Below are positions 1 through 8,801 of a DNA stretch of 64,000 bases, piece after piece (position 1 is the first letter of the stretch; each line of letters opens with the position of its first letter). The notes beneath the pieces were generated by a model. That model worked only from the letters and a program-made list of their open reading frames with translations. It did no database searches and had not been told where the DNA came from. A program made the position numbers and the translations under genes. The DNA comes from Clostridia bacterium. Lineage in GTDB: Bacteria > Bacillota > Clostridia > UMGS1840. The DNA is taken from the NCBI GenBank assembly GCA_017468465.1, contig JAFUIN010000001.1, positions 14,425-78,424 of the forward strand. Reading direction: 5' to 3'.

Positions 1-996
1 GCGGAAAATATTATTTCGGAAGCCAGAAAAACCGTGGCAGATTCCATTGGTGCAAAAGAAACTGAAATTTATTTCACTCCCTCCGGAACCCTGGCAAATA
101 ATACTGCAATTTTGGGGTATCTTCGCAGAAATAAGCATAAGGGAAATAAGGTGCTCATTTCTTCTGTAGAGCACGCTTCCGTCTATAATATCGGGAAATA
201 CCTTTCGGAAAACGGATACCTTGTGGAATGGATTCCCATAAAAGACGGAGAGCCCGATTGGGAATGGTTGGACGAACATCTGGACGAAGAGACTGCCCTT
301 GTGAGTATGATGGCGGTGAATAATGAAACCGGGACGGTGTTTGACATTTCTGCCATCAGAACCATCATTGACAAAAAGGGCTTAAAAGCCGTGCTTCATT
401 CCGATTGCATTCAGGCGTATGGAAAGCTGCCCATTTCGGTGCGGGACTTTGGTGCTGATCTGATGAGCTTTTCCGGTCATAAAATCGGTGCTCCCAAGGG
501 CATCGGCGTGTTGTATGTAAAAAAAGGGGTTCTGCTGGAACCAATGTATTTGGGCGGCGGTCAGGAAAACAATTTGTTTTCCGGCACGGAAAACGTGGCA
601 AATATTGCCGGATTTTCCGAAGCGGTAAAAATTTTTCAGAAAGAAAAGCCCATGGAAAAAATGAGGGAGCTTTCACAGACGTTTCTTTCTTGTCTTTCTC
701 CTGAAATTCCTGTAAACAGCAAACATTCATTGGGCACCATTGTGAATATTTCCTTGAATCTCAGGTCGGAAATTGTGCTTCATATGTTGGAAAGTGAGGG
801 CATTTATGTATCCTCCGGGTCTGCGTGCTCGCAAAAAAAAGGCGGCAGTAATCGCGTATTGGAAGGCTTTTCGGTGCCTAAAAAACAGCAGGATACTGCT
901 GTGAGAATTTCCTTTTCGCAGCACAACACGATAGGCGAAGTAAAATACGCTACAGAAAAAATAAATGGAATTTACCTCAAAAATAAAAAAAATTGA
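1..996 (+). CDS. Cysteine desulfurase (class V aminotransferase, NifS/IscS-like), 5'-truncated by window edge
   Basis: Frame 1 is open from base 1 (AENIISEARKTVADSIG...), so the GTG at 34 is internal. PLP-lysine motif SGHKIGAPKGIG and active-site loop SSGSACS are present. Confidence 0.85.
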   Translation, partial: AENIISEARKTVADSIGAKETEIYFTPSGTLANNTAILGYLRRNKHKGNKVLISSVEHASVYNIGKYLSENGYLVEWIPIKDGEPDWEWLDEHLDEETALVSMMAVNNETGTVFDISAIRTIIDKKGLKAVLHSDCIQAYGKLPISVRDFGADLMSFSGHKIGAPKGIGVLYVKKGVLLEPMYLGGGQENNLFSGTENVANIAGFSEAVKIFQKEKPMEKMRELSQTFLSCLSPEIPVNSKHSLGTIVNISLNLRSEIVLHMLESEGIYVSSGSACSQKKGGSNRVLEGFSVPKKQQDTAVRISFSQHNTIGEVKYATEKINGIYLKNKKN

Positions 997-1014
997 AAAA
1001 CTTTCAAAAATAGC

Positions 1015-1043
1015 TTGACAATTTCTTGATAATTCGGTATAAT
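1015..1043 (+). promoter_or_regulatory. Sigma-A type promoter for the rpmH operon
   Basis: TTGACA (1015-1020), 17-nt spacer, TATAAT (1038-1043), about 115 nt upstream of rpmH. Confidence 0.6.
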
Positions 1044-1159
1044 ATTGAATGCTAAAATTGATAAATATTGTTTTTTATCAAAGTTTGGCGCAAAAACCTT
1101 GATAGCAGGGATTCCGTTTTGTAAAGTAATCAACGATATATATTGGAGGTGCAAAAATC

Positions 1160-1294
1160 ATGAAAAGAACTTATCAGCCGAAAAAAAGACAGAGAAAAAG
1201 AGAACACGGTTTCTTCAAAAGAATGAGAACCAGAAATGGTAGAAAAATCTTAGCTAGAAGAAGAGCAAGAGGCAGAGTTAGTCTTAGCGCATAA
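1160..1294 (+). CDS. rpmH: 50S ribosomal protein L34
   Basis: Hand translation gives [44 protein letters not shown] (44 aa) with RBS GGAGGT 8 nt upstream. It is too short for the ORF track, and the track ORF 1045..1242 is in another frame. Confidence 0.95.
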   Translation: MKRTYQPKKRQRKREHGFFKRMRTRNGRKILARRRARGRVSLSA

Positions 1295-1403
1295 TTCAAA
1301 AGATAAGAAATGTCGTCAAATGCTTAATGCTTGCGGCATTTTTTCTTTATCTGCCTGATTTTGTCAAATTAGGAAATTTTATCATGAAATCCGTAGGATT
1401 GGC

Positions 1404-1760
1404 ATGAGGTGTGAGGGAAAACGCTTGGTTACTTCTTTAACAGAAAATTATGAGTTTCAAAGAGTTTATAAGAAGGGGCAGTCATATCCCGGAAGATATG
1501 CCGTTTTGTATTACTTAAAAACCAATCGTGCGACGGTTCGTATGGGAATTACTGCCACTAAAAAAATAGGCAAAGCTTGTGTCAGAAATCGTGCCAGACG
1601 CTTGATATACGAAAATATGCGGCTGGTTATGCCTGCAATGAAGCCGGGCTGCGATGTTGTAGTTGTAGCGCGAAATGCCATTGTGGGGTCAGATTTTTTT
1701 GCATTGGGCAAGGAGCTGAAAAAGCTCTTACAAAAAGCGGAGGCGTTTTCTGATGAGTAA
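1404..1760 (+). CDS. rnpA: Ribonuclease P protein component
   Basis: YEFQRVYKKG...ITATKKIGKACVRNRARR is typical RnpA and the gene sits directly after rpmH. The start is uncertain; an alternative TTG at 1425 follows GAGGGA. Confidence 0.9.
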   Translation: MRCEGKRLVTSLTENYEFQRVYKKGQSYPGRYAVLYYLKTNRATVRMGITATKKIGKACVRNRARRLIYENMRLVMPAMKPGCDVVVVARNAIVGSDFFALGKELKKLLQKAEAFSDE

Positions 1761-1959
1761 GCTTTTTATTTTGCTGGTCAAAGGGTATCAAAAGTTTATT
1801 TCACCGCTTTTGGGTGCCCGATGCCGATTTTACCCAAGCTGTTCGCAATATGCCATTCTTGCCGTTCAAAAATACGGATTTTTCAAAGGTTTTTTGAAAG
1901 CCTGCTATCGTATTCTGCGATGCAATCCATGGAATCCGGGAGGCATCGACTACCCGTAA
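1753..1959 (+). CDS. yidD: Membrane protein insertion efficiency factor YidD
   Basis: 68 aa with YQKFISPLLG..CRFYPSCSQYA...RCNPW motif. It overlaps the rnpA end and precedes yidC. Confidence 0.9.
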   Translation: MSKLFILLVKGYQKFISPLLGARCRFYPSCSQYAILAVQKYGFFKGFLKACYRILRCNPWNPGGIDYP

Positions 1960-1987
1960 ACCGACCTGATTGGAAAGGAATATTTTA

Positions 1988-2893
1988 ATGTTTGATTTTA
2001 TTTATGTGTTTTTGGGCACAGTTATGCGGTTTATCTACAATTTTGTAGATAATTTCGGTATCGCTATTATTCTGTTTACCATTTTGGTTCGTGTGTGCCT
2101 GCTTCCGCTTGTGTTTAAGCAGCAGAAATCCATGGCACATATGCAAAAAATGCAGCCAAAACTGCAGGAATTGCAAAAAAAATATCAGTACGATAAAGAT
2201 AAGCTCAACGAAGAAACCATGAAGCTTTATCAGCAGTACAAATTCAACCCTATGAGCAGCTGTTTGCCGCTTTTTATTCAGATGCCCATTCTCATTGCCA
2301 TTTATGGCGTAATTCAAAACCCCATTACTTACATTTTAGGGCATCCTGTAACCGAGGAGTTAAAAGCCGCATTAACCGTGCTTTGTCAGACTCCCACCGA
2401 TACACAGCTCAATGTTGTTGCCTTTGTCAGCAACAATTTTGATAAGGCAAAAGAACTGCTTTCCACCATTACCACCACCTTTACCGCAGAAAATTTTGTG
2501 ATGAACTTTAATTTCTTCGGTATCAACCTGGGGTACACTCCTTCAACTTCTGTAATGGAACATCCCATTTTGTGGGCATTGCCTGTGTTGGCAGGTCTGA
2601 CCACATTTTTAACCAGCTACATTTCGCAAAAGCTGAATGCAAAAACACAGACTCAGGAGCAGGCTTCTCAAATGAAGAGTATGCAGCTGATTTTTCCGTT
2701 TATGACAGCATATTTCTGTTATATTCTGCCGGCTGCAATGGGCCTTTACTGGATTGTGGGTAACTTGATCCAGATTATCCAGAGCTTGACGTTGGATCGT
2801 TACATTATGCAAAAAGAAGTGGACGATTTAGACCAGAAGGAAGAAGAAAAAGCCCTGTTAAGAAAAGAATTGAAAAAGAAGAGAAAGAAATAG
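1988..2893 (+). CDS. yidC: Membrane protein insertase YidC/Oxa1 family
   Basis: Multi-TM protein with a basic C-terminal tail in conserved rnpA-yidD-yidC-jag synteny. ATG 1988 has RBS GAAAGGA 8 nt upstream; the track start (TTG 1970) is the alternative. Confidence 0.9.
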   Translation: MFDFIYVFLGTVMRFIYNFVDNFGIAIILFTILVRVCLLPLVFKQQKSMAHMQKMQPKLQELQKKYQYDKDKLNEETMKLYQQYKFNPMSSCLPLFIQMPILIAIYGVIQNPITYILGHPVTEELKAALTVLCQTPTDTQLNVVAFVSNNFDKAKELLSTITTTFTAENFVMNFNFFGINLGYTPSTSVMEHPILWALPVLAGLTTFLTSYISQKLNAKTQTQEQASQMKSMQLIFPFMTAYFCYILPAAMGLYWIVGNLIQIIQSLTLDRYIMQKEVDDLDQKEEEKALLRKELKKKRKK

Positions 2894-2911
2894 AAAGGTA
2901 GGAAACTATCC

Positions 2912-3730
2912 GTGAAAGAAATTATTACCTCTGCCAAAACCGTAGACGAAGCAATCGAAAAAGCAGTGGCAGAATTAGCAGTAGATAGAGATTTAATTGA
3001 ATTTGAAATTTTAAGCGCTCCCACCAACGGATTTTTAGGCCTGGGTGCAAAACCGGCAAGAATTTTAGCAAGATATGATGTGAAAAAACCGGAAGAAGTA
3101 AAAGAAGAACCCAAAAAAGTCGAAGCAAAAGCCCCCAAAGCAAAGGTGGAAAAGAACCCGGCAAAAGAAGTAAAGCAGCCTGAAACAAAGAAACCTACCA
3201 TCAATTATGAAGACGATGCTGATTTTGTTCCCAGTGAAAACGGTGTAAGCTTTGTGGAAGATTATGTGAAAAAACTGTTTGAATTAATGGGAATGGAAAT
3301 GACTGCAGAAGTTCGTCAGCAAGGCAGAATTATTTTTGTGAATATTGCGGGGGACGAAGCAGGCAGCATTATCGGAAAACACGGTGACACTTTGGATGCA
3401 ATTCAGCACATGCTGCAGCTTGCATTCAATAAAAAAGTAAAAGGCGGTGAAAAAATCCGTCTGGATACCGAAGACTATCGTATGAAACGTGAAAAAACCT
3501 TGACCGGTCTTGCAAAAAGCATTGCAAACCGTGTGATTAAATCACGTGGAAAATATGAATTGGAACCCATGAAAGCATATGAAAGAAGAATTATTCATTC
3601 TGCGCTTCAGAGCTATCCGATGATTACCACCTATTCTGTTGGTGTAGAGCCTCAGAGACGCTTGATTGTTGCATTTAAGCATAGAAATCAGCAAAATCAG
3701 GAAAATCAGGAAGCTGCTACAGAAGAATAA
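2912..3730 (+). CDS. jag: Jag/KhpB-type RNA-binding protein (Jag-N, KH and R3H domains)
   Basis: N-terminal TSAKTVDEAIEKAVAEL (Jag_N), a Lys/Glu-rich linker, then IIGKHGDTLDAIQ (KH) and ERRIIHSAL (R3H). Located downstream of yidC. Confidence 0.85.
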   Translation: MKEIITSAKTVDEAIEKAVAELAVDRDLIEFEILSAPTNGFLGLGAKPARILARYDVKKPEEVKEEPKKVEAKAPKAKVEKNPAKEVKQPETKKPTINYEDDADFVPSENGVSFVEDYVKKLFELMGMEMTAEVRQQGRIIFVNIAGDEAGSIIGKHGDTLDAIQHMLQLAFNKKVKGGEKIRLDTEDYRMKREKTLTGLAKSIANRVIKSRGKYELEPMKAYERRIIHSALQSYPMITTYSVGVEPQRRLIVAFKHRNQQNQENQEAATEE

Positions 3731-3830
3731 TCTGTGGATGAAGCCCACAGTCATTTGCTGTTTGTCGGATTGCACCAATCGCTACAACAAAAAAGGGACT
3801 GTCCTAAAAAAATGACAGTCCCTCACATAC

Positions 3831-3906
3831 GCTGGTGTAGCTCAGTCGGTAGAGCATCTCACTCGTAATGAGAAGGTCACGTGTTCAAGTCACGCCACCA
3901 GCTCCA
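3831..3906 (+). tRNA. tRNA-Thr (anticodon CGU), CCA encoded
   Basis: Hand-folded cloverleaf: 7-bp acceptor GCTGGTG/CACCAGC, D arm GCTC/GAGC, anticodon stem TCTCA/TGAGA with loop CTCGTAA, and T loop TTCAAGT. There is one A49-C65 mismatch and the discriminator is U. Confidence 0.93.
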
Positions 3907-3912
3907 AAAAAA

Positions 3913-3941
3913 ACGACAAGTTCGACTTGTCGTTTTTTTTT
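3913..3941 (+). terminator. Intrinsic terminator after tRNA-Thr
   Basis: ACGACAAGT-TCG-ACTTGTCGT hairpin followed by a 9-T run. Confidence 0.8.
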
Positions 3942-4077
3942 ATGAAACAAATTTTTCAGGATTTTTGAAATATACTTTGTGTGTAATTTGTTGCAATTTG
4001 AAATATATCGTGCTATAATGTTATAAGTTAATGAAAATTTATGATCTGTTACGGAAATAAACGAAGAGGAGTTCTAT

Positions 4078-5685
4078 TTAATCCTTTAGCAGCGCATAAC
4101 CGCTAAAGCTTGAGTATATTATGTTTCCATCCTCAAGATCAGCCGTAAAGGAAACCATGTATAATCCCACGTGTTCATTCACTCTGTAAACATCCAATTC
4201 GTGTTGTTCTGTGCCGTATTTTTGATGTAATTCTCTTGCAAGGTCATATAGATTGATGTTATACTGCTGACCGTTGTGATCAACTGTAAGAACCTCATCG
4301 TAGGCGTACACTTTGACCATTTGTTGATATTCTGTGATGTCAGCAGATGATTTTGTCTGGAAAAACCAGCCTTCATATCTGGATTCCTTTTCGCTGTCGG
4401 AAAAGCCGAATATTTCTGAAAAATTTTTTTCATCGTTTGGGATAAAGTCAGGCGTTTTTTTTGCATTATACTTCAAATAATTGTACGAGCTGATGATGGC
4501 TTTGGCATCTTCATCGTTGATGTTGTTGTTTGGAATCACAGCTCCATCGCTTATCATATTATTCTTCGTCAGGACATTTTTCAGGATAGCAGTCTGGCTG
4601 GCAACCGGCATGTCGATCACATTCAAAGGTGTAACGGTAACCAGCAATACAACCATTCCGGAGATCAGTGCAATCTTGTTTAAGTGCTTTGGCACAATGA
4701 TTGCTCCACCGATAAATAAGATGCTGATTGCAATTAGCACAAGAGAAATTGTTCTTGGTGTGGTGAGCCCGTATGCATTGATTCTTTCAAACACCGCAAG
4801 GGCTTGCATAATCAGCACGGGAATCAGAAAATAACCGCCATACTTTATAAAAAGCTTTGCAAGCTTTTCGGTATACTGCATCACGCTCATCACAAAGAAA
4901 ATGAAAAAGAGAGATGCAAAGGATGCAAACCAGTTAATTTCACCTACAGGCATATTCAGCGTGAATACGATTTTTGCAAGGTATATGAGCAAAATAGCGA
5001 TCAGAAGTATGTATAACGGCAATCCGGCATACAAAACAAAAATGCGGAATATTTTTGATTGTGATGCGGGAGTTTCCTTTTTTGGAATAAAGGAAAGAAA
5101 GATGTTGGGAAATCCTATCACCCATACAAAAAGGTTTACAAGTAAATATAGCTTATAGCTGTTATCCCAGGTGAATATCAGGGATTGAAAGGCTGCAATG
5201 CAGGTGGATAATCCACCGGAAAGCACCCCACATACCGCACCCGTAAAAATAAAAGAGGATACCAGCTTGGGAAATGCAACATCACGGTTTTCTCCTCGCA
5301 TCAGCGTTGAAAAGATAAAGCAGAGCAGCGCAACCATAATGCCGAAGTATGCCATAATGGTATACAGGGAGTCGTAGTTTTGTTTGATGAGTAAAAATCC
5401 TGCGATTGCAGTCAGTGCGCACAGGCTGTACTGTATCAGACTGTTTAGTTTATGGCTGATGTATTCCTGTATGGTTTTCAGGAGAACAGAAAACAACGCA
5501 ACCAAAGCATAGGTCATACACAAGGGAACGATGATTTCTTCCTTGCTTGATCCAAACAAAATTTCGTGGGATACAGTCAGATAACAGAGCACAGAACAGA
5601 CAAAGGCAATTAAATATCTTTGAATACCGTTTTTTACATTTGTGAAAAAGTTTTGAACATATTCTCGTACTTTCATGCTGAACAC
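4078..5685 (-). CDS. Hypothetical multi-pass membrane protein with a C-terminal soluble domain
   Basis: 535-aa ORF with about 10 or more hydrophobic segments and then a roughly 150-aa hydrophilic tail. I recognise no catalytic motif. A DUF4153-like family is a weak guess from memory. Confidence 0.7.
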   Translation of the reverse strand: MFSMKVREYVQNFFTNVKNGIQRYLIAFVCSVLCYLTVSHEILFGSSKEEIIVPLCMTYALVALFSVLLKTIQEYISHKLNSLIQYSLCALTAIAGFLLIKQNYDSLYTIMAYFGIMVALLCFIFSTLMRGENRDVAFPKLVSSFIFTGAVCGVLSGGLSTCIAAFQSLIFTWDNSYKLYLLVNLFVWVIGFPNIFLSFIPKKETPASQSKIFRIFVLYAGLPLYILLIAILLIYLAKIVFTLNMPVGEINWFASFASLFFIFFVMSVMQYTEKLAKLFIKYGGYFLIPVLIMQALAVFERINAYGLTTPRTISLVLIAISILFIGGAIIVPKHLNKIALISGMVVLLVTVTPLNVIDMPVASQTAILKNVLTKNNMISDGAVIPNNNINDEDAKAIISSYNYLKYNAKKTPDFIPNDEKNFSEIFGFSDSEKESRYEGWFFQTKSSADITEYQQMVKVYAYDEVLTVDHNGQQYNINLYDLARELHQKYGTEQHELDVYRVNEHVGLYMVSFTADLEDGNIIYSSFSGYALLKD

Positions 5686-5827
5686 ATCCTTTCTATAAGT
5701 CTATTTTAGCATAGCGGCTTTATATTTTCAAGATATTACGAAAAAAATCAGAAAGATATAGAAGCAGCCGAGGGAACAAGATTGTTGTTTGTTTTATCTA
5801 ATGTATTGATTTTTAAGGAGATAAACT

Positions 5828-6760
5828 ATGAAGTATTCAGACAGTTTTGGAAAGAAAAGCTCCCAAATACTTTTGGGGACTGCATATTTTGGAGACACCA
5901 TTTCCGAGGCAGAGGCATTTGCCATTATGGATAAATATTACGAGATGGGTGGCCGCCATATTGACGTTGCCCGTCTTTATGCAGATGGAGAAGCAGAAAA
6001 AGTAGTCGGAAAGTGGCTGAATGACAGAAAGCCTGCCGACATCCTTGTTTCCACCAAAGGCGGATATTATGATATGGATGGAGGAGAGGCACCCCGAATC
6101 AACGAAGCGGATATCCGTTTTGATTTGGAATGCAGTTTGAAGGCGTTAAAACAGGAGCAAATCGAATTTTACTGGCTTCACCGTGATGATGAAGCAAGAC
6201 CGGAAAATGAAATCATTGATATGATGAATCGGCTGGTCAAGGAAGGGAAAATTAAACAATTCGGTGCATCAAACTGGCGTTCACAAAGAATCGAAATGGC
6301 AAATCAATATGCAAAAGAAAATGGACTTGCCGGATTTTCAGCAAGTCAGATACGCTTTAATCCTGCCTATTGTCTGGGTGAAAGAGGCGGACTGGTAGGA
6401 ATGGATGCGGATGAGTTTGCATTCTATAAAAACAATCCTATGCCGGTGGTGGCATATTCTTCCCAGGCAAAAGGATTTTTCTCAAAGATGGCAGAACAGG
6501 GCGAAAGTGCGCTGTCCGAGAAAGCAAAAAAGCGGTACCTGTGTGAAGAAAATTTGAGACGGTTAGAGTTGATTAAACAGCTTTCGGCAGAACAGCGCTG
6601 CAGTGTTGCAGCTGTGGTATGCGGCATTCTTTGTTCTATCTCGGCTGTGGAGGTATTTCCGATTATCGGCGGAAGAACCCTTTCCCAGATTGAAGATTCT
6701 ATGAGAGGCGCGGATGTTTCAATTCCGGCAAATGTGATAACCGACGTGTTGGGTTATTAA
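5828..6760 (+). CDS. Aldo/keto reductase family oxidoreductase
   Basis: GTAYFG...GGRHIDVARLYADGEAE..VG, EFYWLHRDD and GKIKQFGASNW are typical AKR motifs. RBS AAGGAG lies upstream. Confidence 0.85.
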   Translation: MKYSDSFGKKSSQILLGTAYFGDTISEAEAFAIMDKYYEMGGRHIDVARLYADGEAEKVVGKWLNDRKPADILVSTKGGYYDMDGGEAPRINEADIRFDLECSLKALKQEQIEFYWLHRDDEARPENEIIDMMNRLVKEGKIKQFGASNWRSQRIEMANQYAKENGLAGFSASQIRFNPAYCLGERGGLVGMDADEFAFYKNNPMPVVAYSSQAKGFFSKMAEQGESALSEKAKKRYLCEENLRRLELIKQLSAEQRCSVAAVVCGILCSISAVEVFPIIGGRTLSQIEDSMRGADVSIPANVITDVLGY

Positions 6761-6779
6761 ACGCAAAAGAACAAGTATA

Positions 6780-7985
6780 ATGGAGAATGGGAAAATGAAT
6801 CTCTTGGATCAGTGTAAAAAATATGGAAAATTGATACTAAAATGGGTGCTTTTCGGCATCTTAATTGGCTTTCTTGGCGGACTATTGGGCACTGCTTTTC
6901 ATATCAGTGTGGATTTTGTTACCGAACAGCGGGAACATAACCATTGGATGATTTATCTGTTGCCTATTGGCGGGCTTCTTATTGCAGCGATGTATGGTCG
7001 CTTTCGTAACTTTGGCAATATTGACACAAAGCGTGTCTTTCAGGCGGTGAAAGAGAAAAAAGATGTTCCGCTTGTGATGATTCCACTGATTTTTTTTGGT
7101 ACGGTCATTACGCATGCATTGGGTGGTTCTGCCGGCAGAGAAGGGGCTGCACTCCAGCTTGGCGGCAGTATGGGCTACAATGTAGGACAAGCATTGAAGC
7201 AGGAGGATGACAGCAAAAAGCTGATGGTGGCAGCGGGGATGAGCAGTGTGTTTTCTGCTTTGTTTGGAACACCGCTTACTGCAACAGTTTTTTCCCTTGA
7301 GGCAACCAGAGTAGGAATGTTCAATTTTCGTGGCTTGCTTCCGGGGCTGATTTCTTCTGTGACAGCGTTTTTAGTATCCCGTTTTTGTGGGGTGGAACCG
7401 GTTCGTTTTCTGATGCCTTTCGTATCGGGGAATCTGATGTTTTCCATATTAAAGGTAATTGTGCTTGGGATTTTATGTGCAGGAGTTTCTATGGTGTTTG
7501 CATGGTCTCTTCACAAGAGTGAACATCTTGCGAAAAAGACTGCTCCGAATGCTTATGTTCGTGCTTTTGCCGGCGGGGTTCTGCTTGTGGGACTTACTTA
7601 TCTTGCCAAAACACACGACTATAACGGTGCGGGGATGGGTGTAATTGCAAATGCAATCGCCGGAGAAGCAAATTTTGAGGCGTTTCTTATGAAGATTCTG
7701 TTTACTGCAGTTACCGTTGCGGCTGGATTTAAGGGTGGCGAGATTGTGCCTACCTTTTTCATTGGAGCAACCTTTGGTTGCATGGCAAGCGGTCTGTTGG
7801 GGTTAGACCCCGGGTTTGGAGCCTGCCTTGGATTTATTGCTTTATTTTCCGGCATGACAAAATGTCCGTTTGCTTCCGTATTGTTAGGCTTGGAAGTGTT
7901 TGGGGTGAAGGGAATTCTCTTTTTTGCCATCATTGTTCCTGTCACTTACCTTTTTTCCGGACGTCTGGGACTATATAATGAATAA
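6780..7985 (+). CDS. ClC family anion channel/antiporter (short form, possibly CLC-F-like)
   Basis: GSAGREGAALQLG (gating-Glu motif without the Pro of GREGP), GTPLTA and GGEIVPTFFIGA; about 10-12 TM segments over 401 aa. Confidence 0.85.
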   Translation: MENGKMNLLDQCKKYGKLILKWVLFGILIGFLGGLLGTAFHISVDFVTEQREHNHWMIYLLPIGGLLIAAMYGRFRNFGNIDTKRVFQAVKEKKDVPLVMIPLIFFGTVITHALGGSAGREGAALQLGGSMGYNVGQALKQEDDSKKLMVAAGMSSVFSALFGTPLTATVFSLEATRVGMFNFRGLLPGLISSVTAFLVSRFCGVEPVRFLMPFVSGNLMFSILKVIVLGILCAGVSMVFAWSLHKSEHLAKKTAPNAYVRAFAGGVLLVGLTYLAKTHDYNGAGMGVIANAIAGEANFEAFLMKILFTAVTVAAGFKGGEIVPTFFIGATFGCMASGLLGLDPGFGACLGFIALFSGMTKCPFASVLLGLEVFGVKGILFFAIIVPVTYLFSGRLGLYNE

Positions 7986-7989
7986 AAAA

Positions 7990-8016
7990 ATCCCGTATGG
8001 AAACTCCATACGGGAT
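7990..8016. terminator. Bidirectional terminator between the ClC gene and rpsT
   Basis: ATCCCGTATGGA-AAC-TCCATACGGGAT perfect hairpin flanked by an A-run and T-rich sequence. Confidence 0.7.
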
Positions 8017-8034
8017 TCTTGGGACTTATGAGAA

Positions 8035-8304
8035 TTAACCTTTGATTGCCGCGTTGTATTTTTTCGCAACGTTAGATTTTTTTCTGGAAGCGGTGTTTTT
8101 CTTCAGAACGCCTTTGGTGCAAGCCATATCAATGGTTTTCACGGTGTTCTGGAAGATTTCTGCCAAGCCTGCTTTGTCTTCTTTGTCGCAAGCTGCTTCA
8201 AAAGTTTTTAAGGTAGTTTTTAAGTTAGATTTAATCATCTGGTTCTGCAGAGTTTTGGTTGCAATAACTTTTACTCTTTTTTCAGCGGATTTAATATTCG
8301 GCAT
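8035..8304 (-). CDS. rpsT: 30S ribosomal protein S20
   Basis: MPNIKSAEKRVKVIATKTLQNQMIKSNLKT... is a canonical S20 N-terminus; 89 aa. Confidence 0.95.
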   Translation of the reverse strand: MPNIKSAEKRVKVIATKTLQNQMIKSNLKTTLKTFEAACDKEDKAGLAEIFQNTVKTIDMACTKGVLKKNTASRKKSNVAKKYNAAIKG

Positions 8305-8421
8305 TTCAAAAATACTCCTTTTCTTAAAATTAAGTTTTTATAAGTATTATTTGAGTCAGAGGTTGCAGCCAAGAACGACTTGGCATTGCACTCAAATAGT
8401 ATTACCAATATAACCTTTAGT

Positions 8422-8450
8422 ATTATAATGAATAAATTGTAAAATGTCAA
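8422..8450 (-). promoter_or_regulatory. Sigma-A promoter of rpsT
   Basis: On the minus strand: TTGACA (8450-8445), 17 nt, TATAAT (8427-8422). This leaves a leader of about 110 nt. Confidence 0.6.
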
Positions 8451-8608
8451 GTGATTTCCTTAAAAAAGTTTCAAAAAATTTCATATTTTGTAAAAGAGGG
8501 CAGAATTCTTCTTTGCGTTTTTTGAAAATTGCTTGCTTTTTTTGTAGGGATATTGTATAATAAGAAAGTTGATTTTTGGGATTTATCTTACCAAAAGGAG
8601 TGTCTTAT

Positions 8609-8782
8609 ATGAAAATCATCGGTCTTATTTTGTTAGCAGCGGGAGCGTTTGTTTCCTTTGGAGCGTCGTTTTTGGTATCTAAGCTAAAAAAAAGAGATGC
8701 TACAGAGCAAGAGATTGTATCCACAAAGCTCGTGGGGCTGCTTTTTGCTGCAGCAGGTCTTGTTATCGTTCTTTTGAGTTAG
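8609..8782 (+). CDS. Small two-TM membrane protein (hypothetical)
   Basis: ATG 8609 is preceded by AAAAGGAG. The 57-aa product has two hydrophobic helices, MKIIGLILLAAGAFVSFGASFLV and LVGLLFAAAGLVIVLL. The track start at 8576 is probably over-extended. Confidence 0.5.
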   Translation: MKIIGLILLAAGAFVSFGASFLVSKLKKRDATEQEIVSTKLVGLLFAAAGLVIVLLS

Positions 8783-8801
8783 ACAGAAGACAGGTAGAGG
8801 T

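Noticed and set aside
997-1159. Possible oriC or DnaA-box cluster next to rpmH, as in many Firmicutes. A TGTGGATGA near-match also occurs at 3733-3741.
   Set aside because: No dnaA/dnaN gene is adjacent; the upstream gene is a co-oriented cysteine desulfurase. I found no cluster of TTATCCACA-like boxes and only one isolated 8/9 match. The region is adequately explained as the rpmH promoter and leader.
3795-3822. Hairpin GGGACTGTC...GACAGTCCC after jag, considered as an intrinsic terminator.
   Set aside because: No U-tract follows, and it sits 8 nt before tRNA-Thr. It is more likely a processing or stability hairpin in a jag-tRNA co-transcript. It is therefore not called as a terminator.
3831-3906. 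tRNA-Thr as a possible integration hotspot with an adjacent mobile element.
   Set aside because: There is no integrase, no direct repeat of the tRNA 3' end and no phage-like genes nearby. The neighbouring gene is an ordinary membrane protein.
6761-6779. Fluoride (crcB-motif) riboswitch upstream of the ClC gene.
   Set aside because: The intergenic gap is only 19 nt, too short for any riboswitch.
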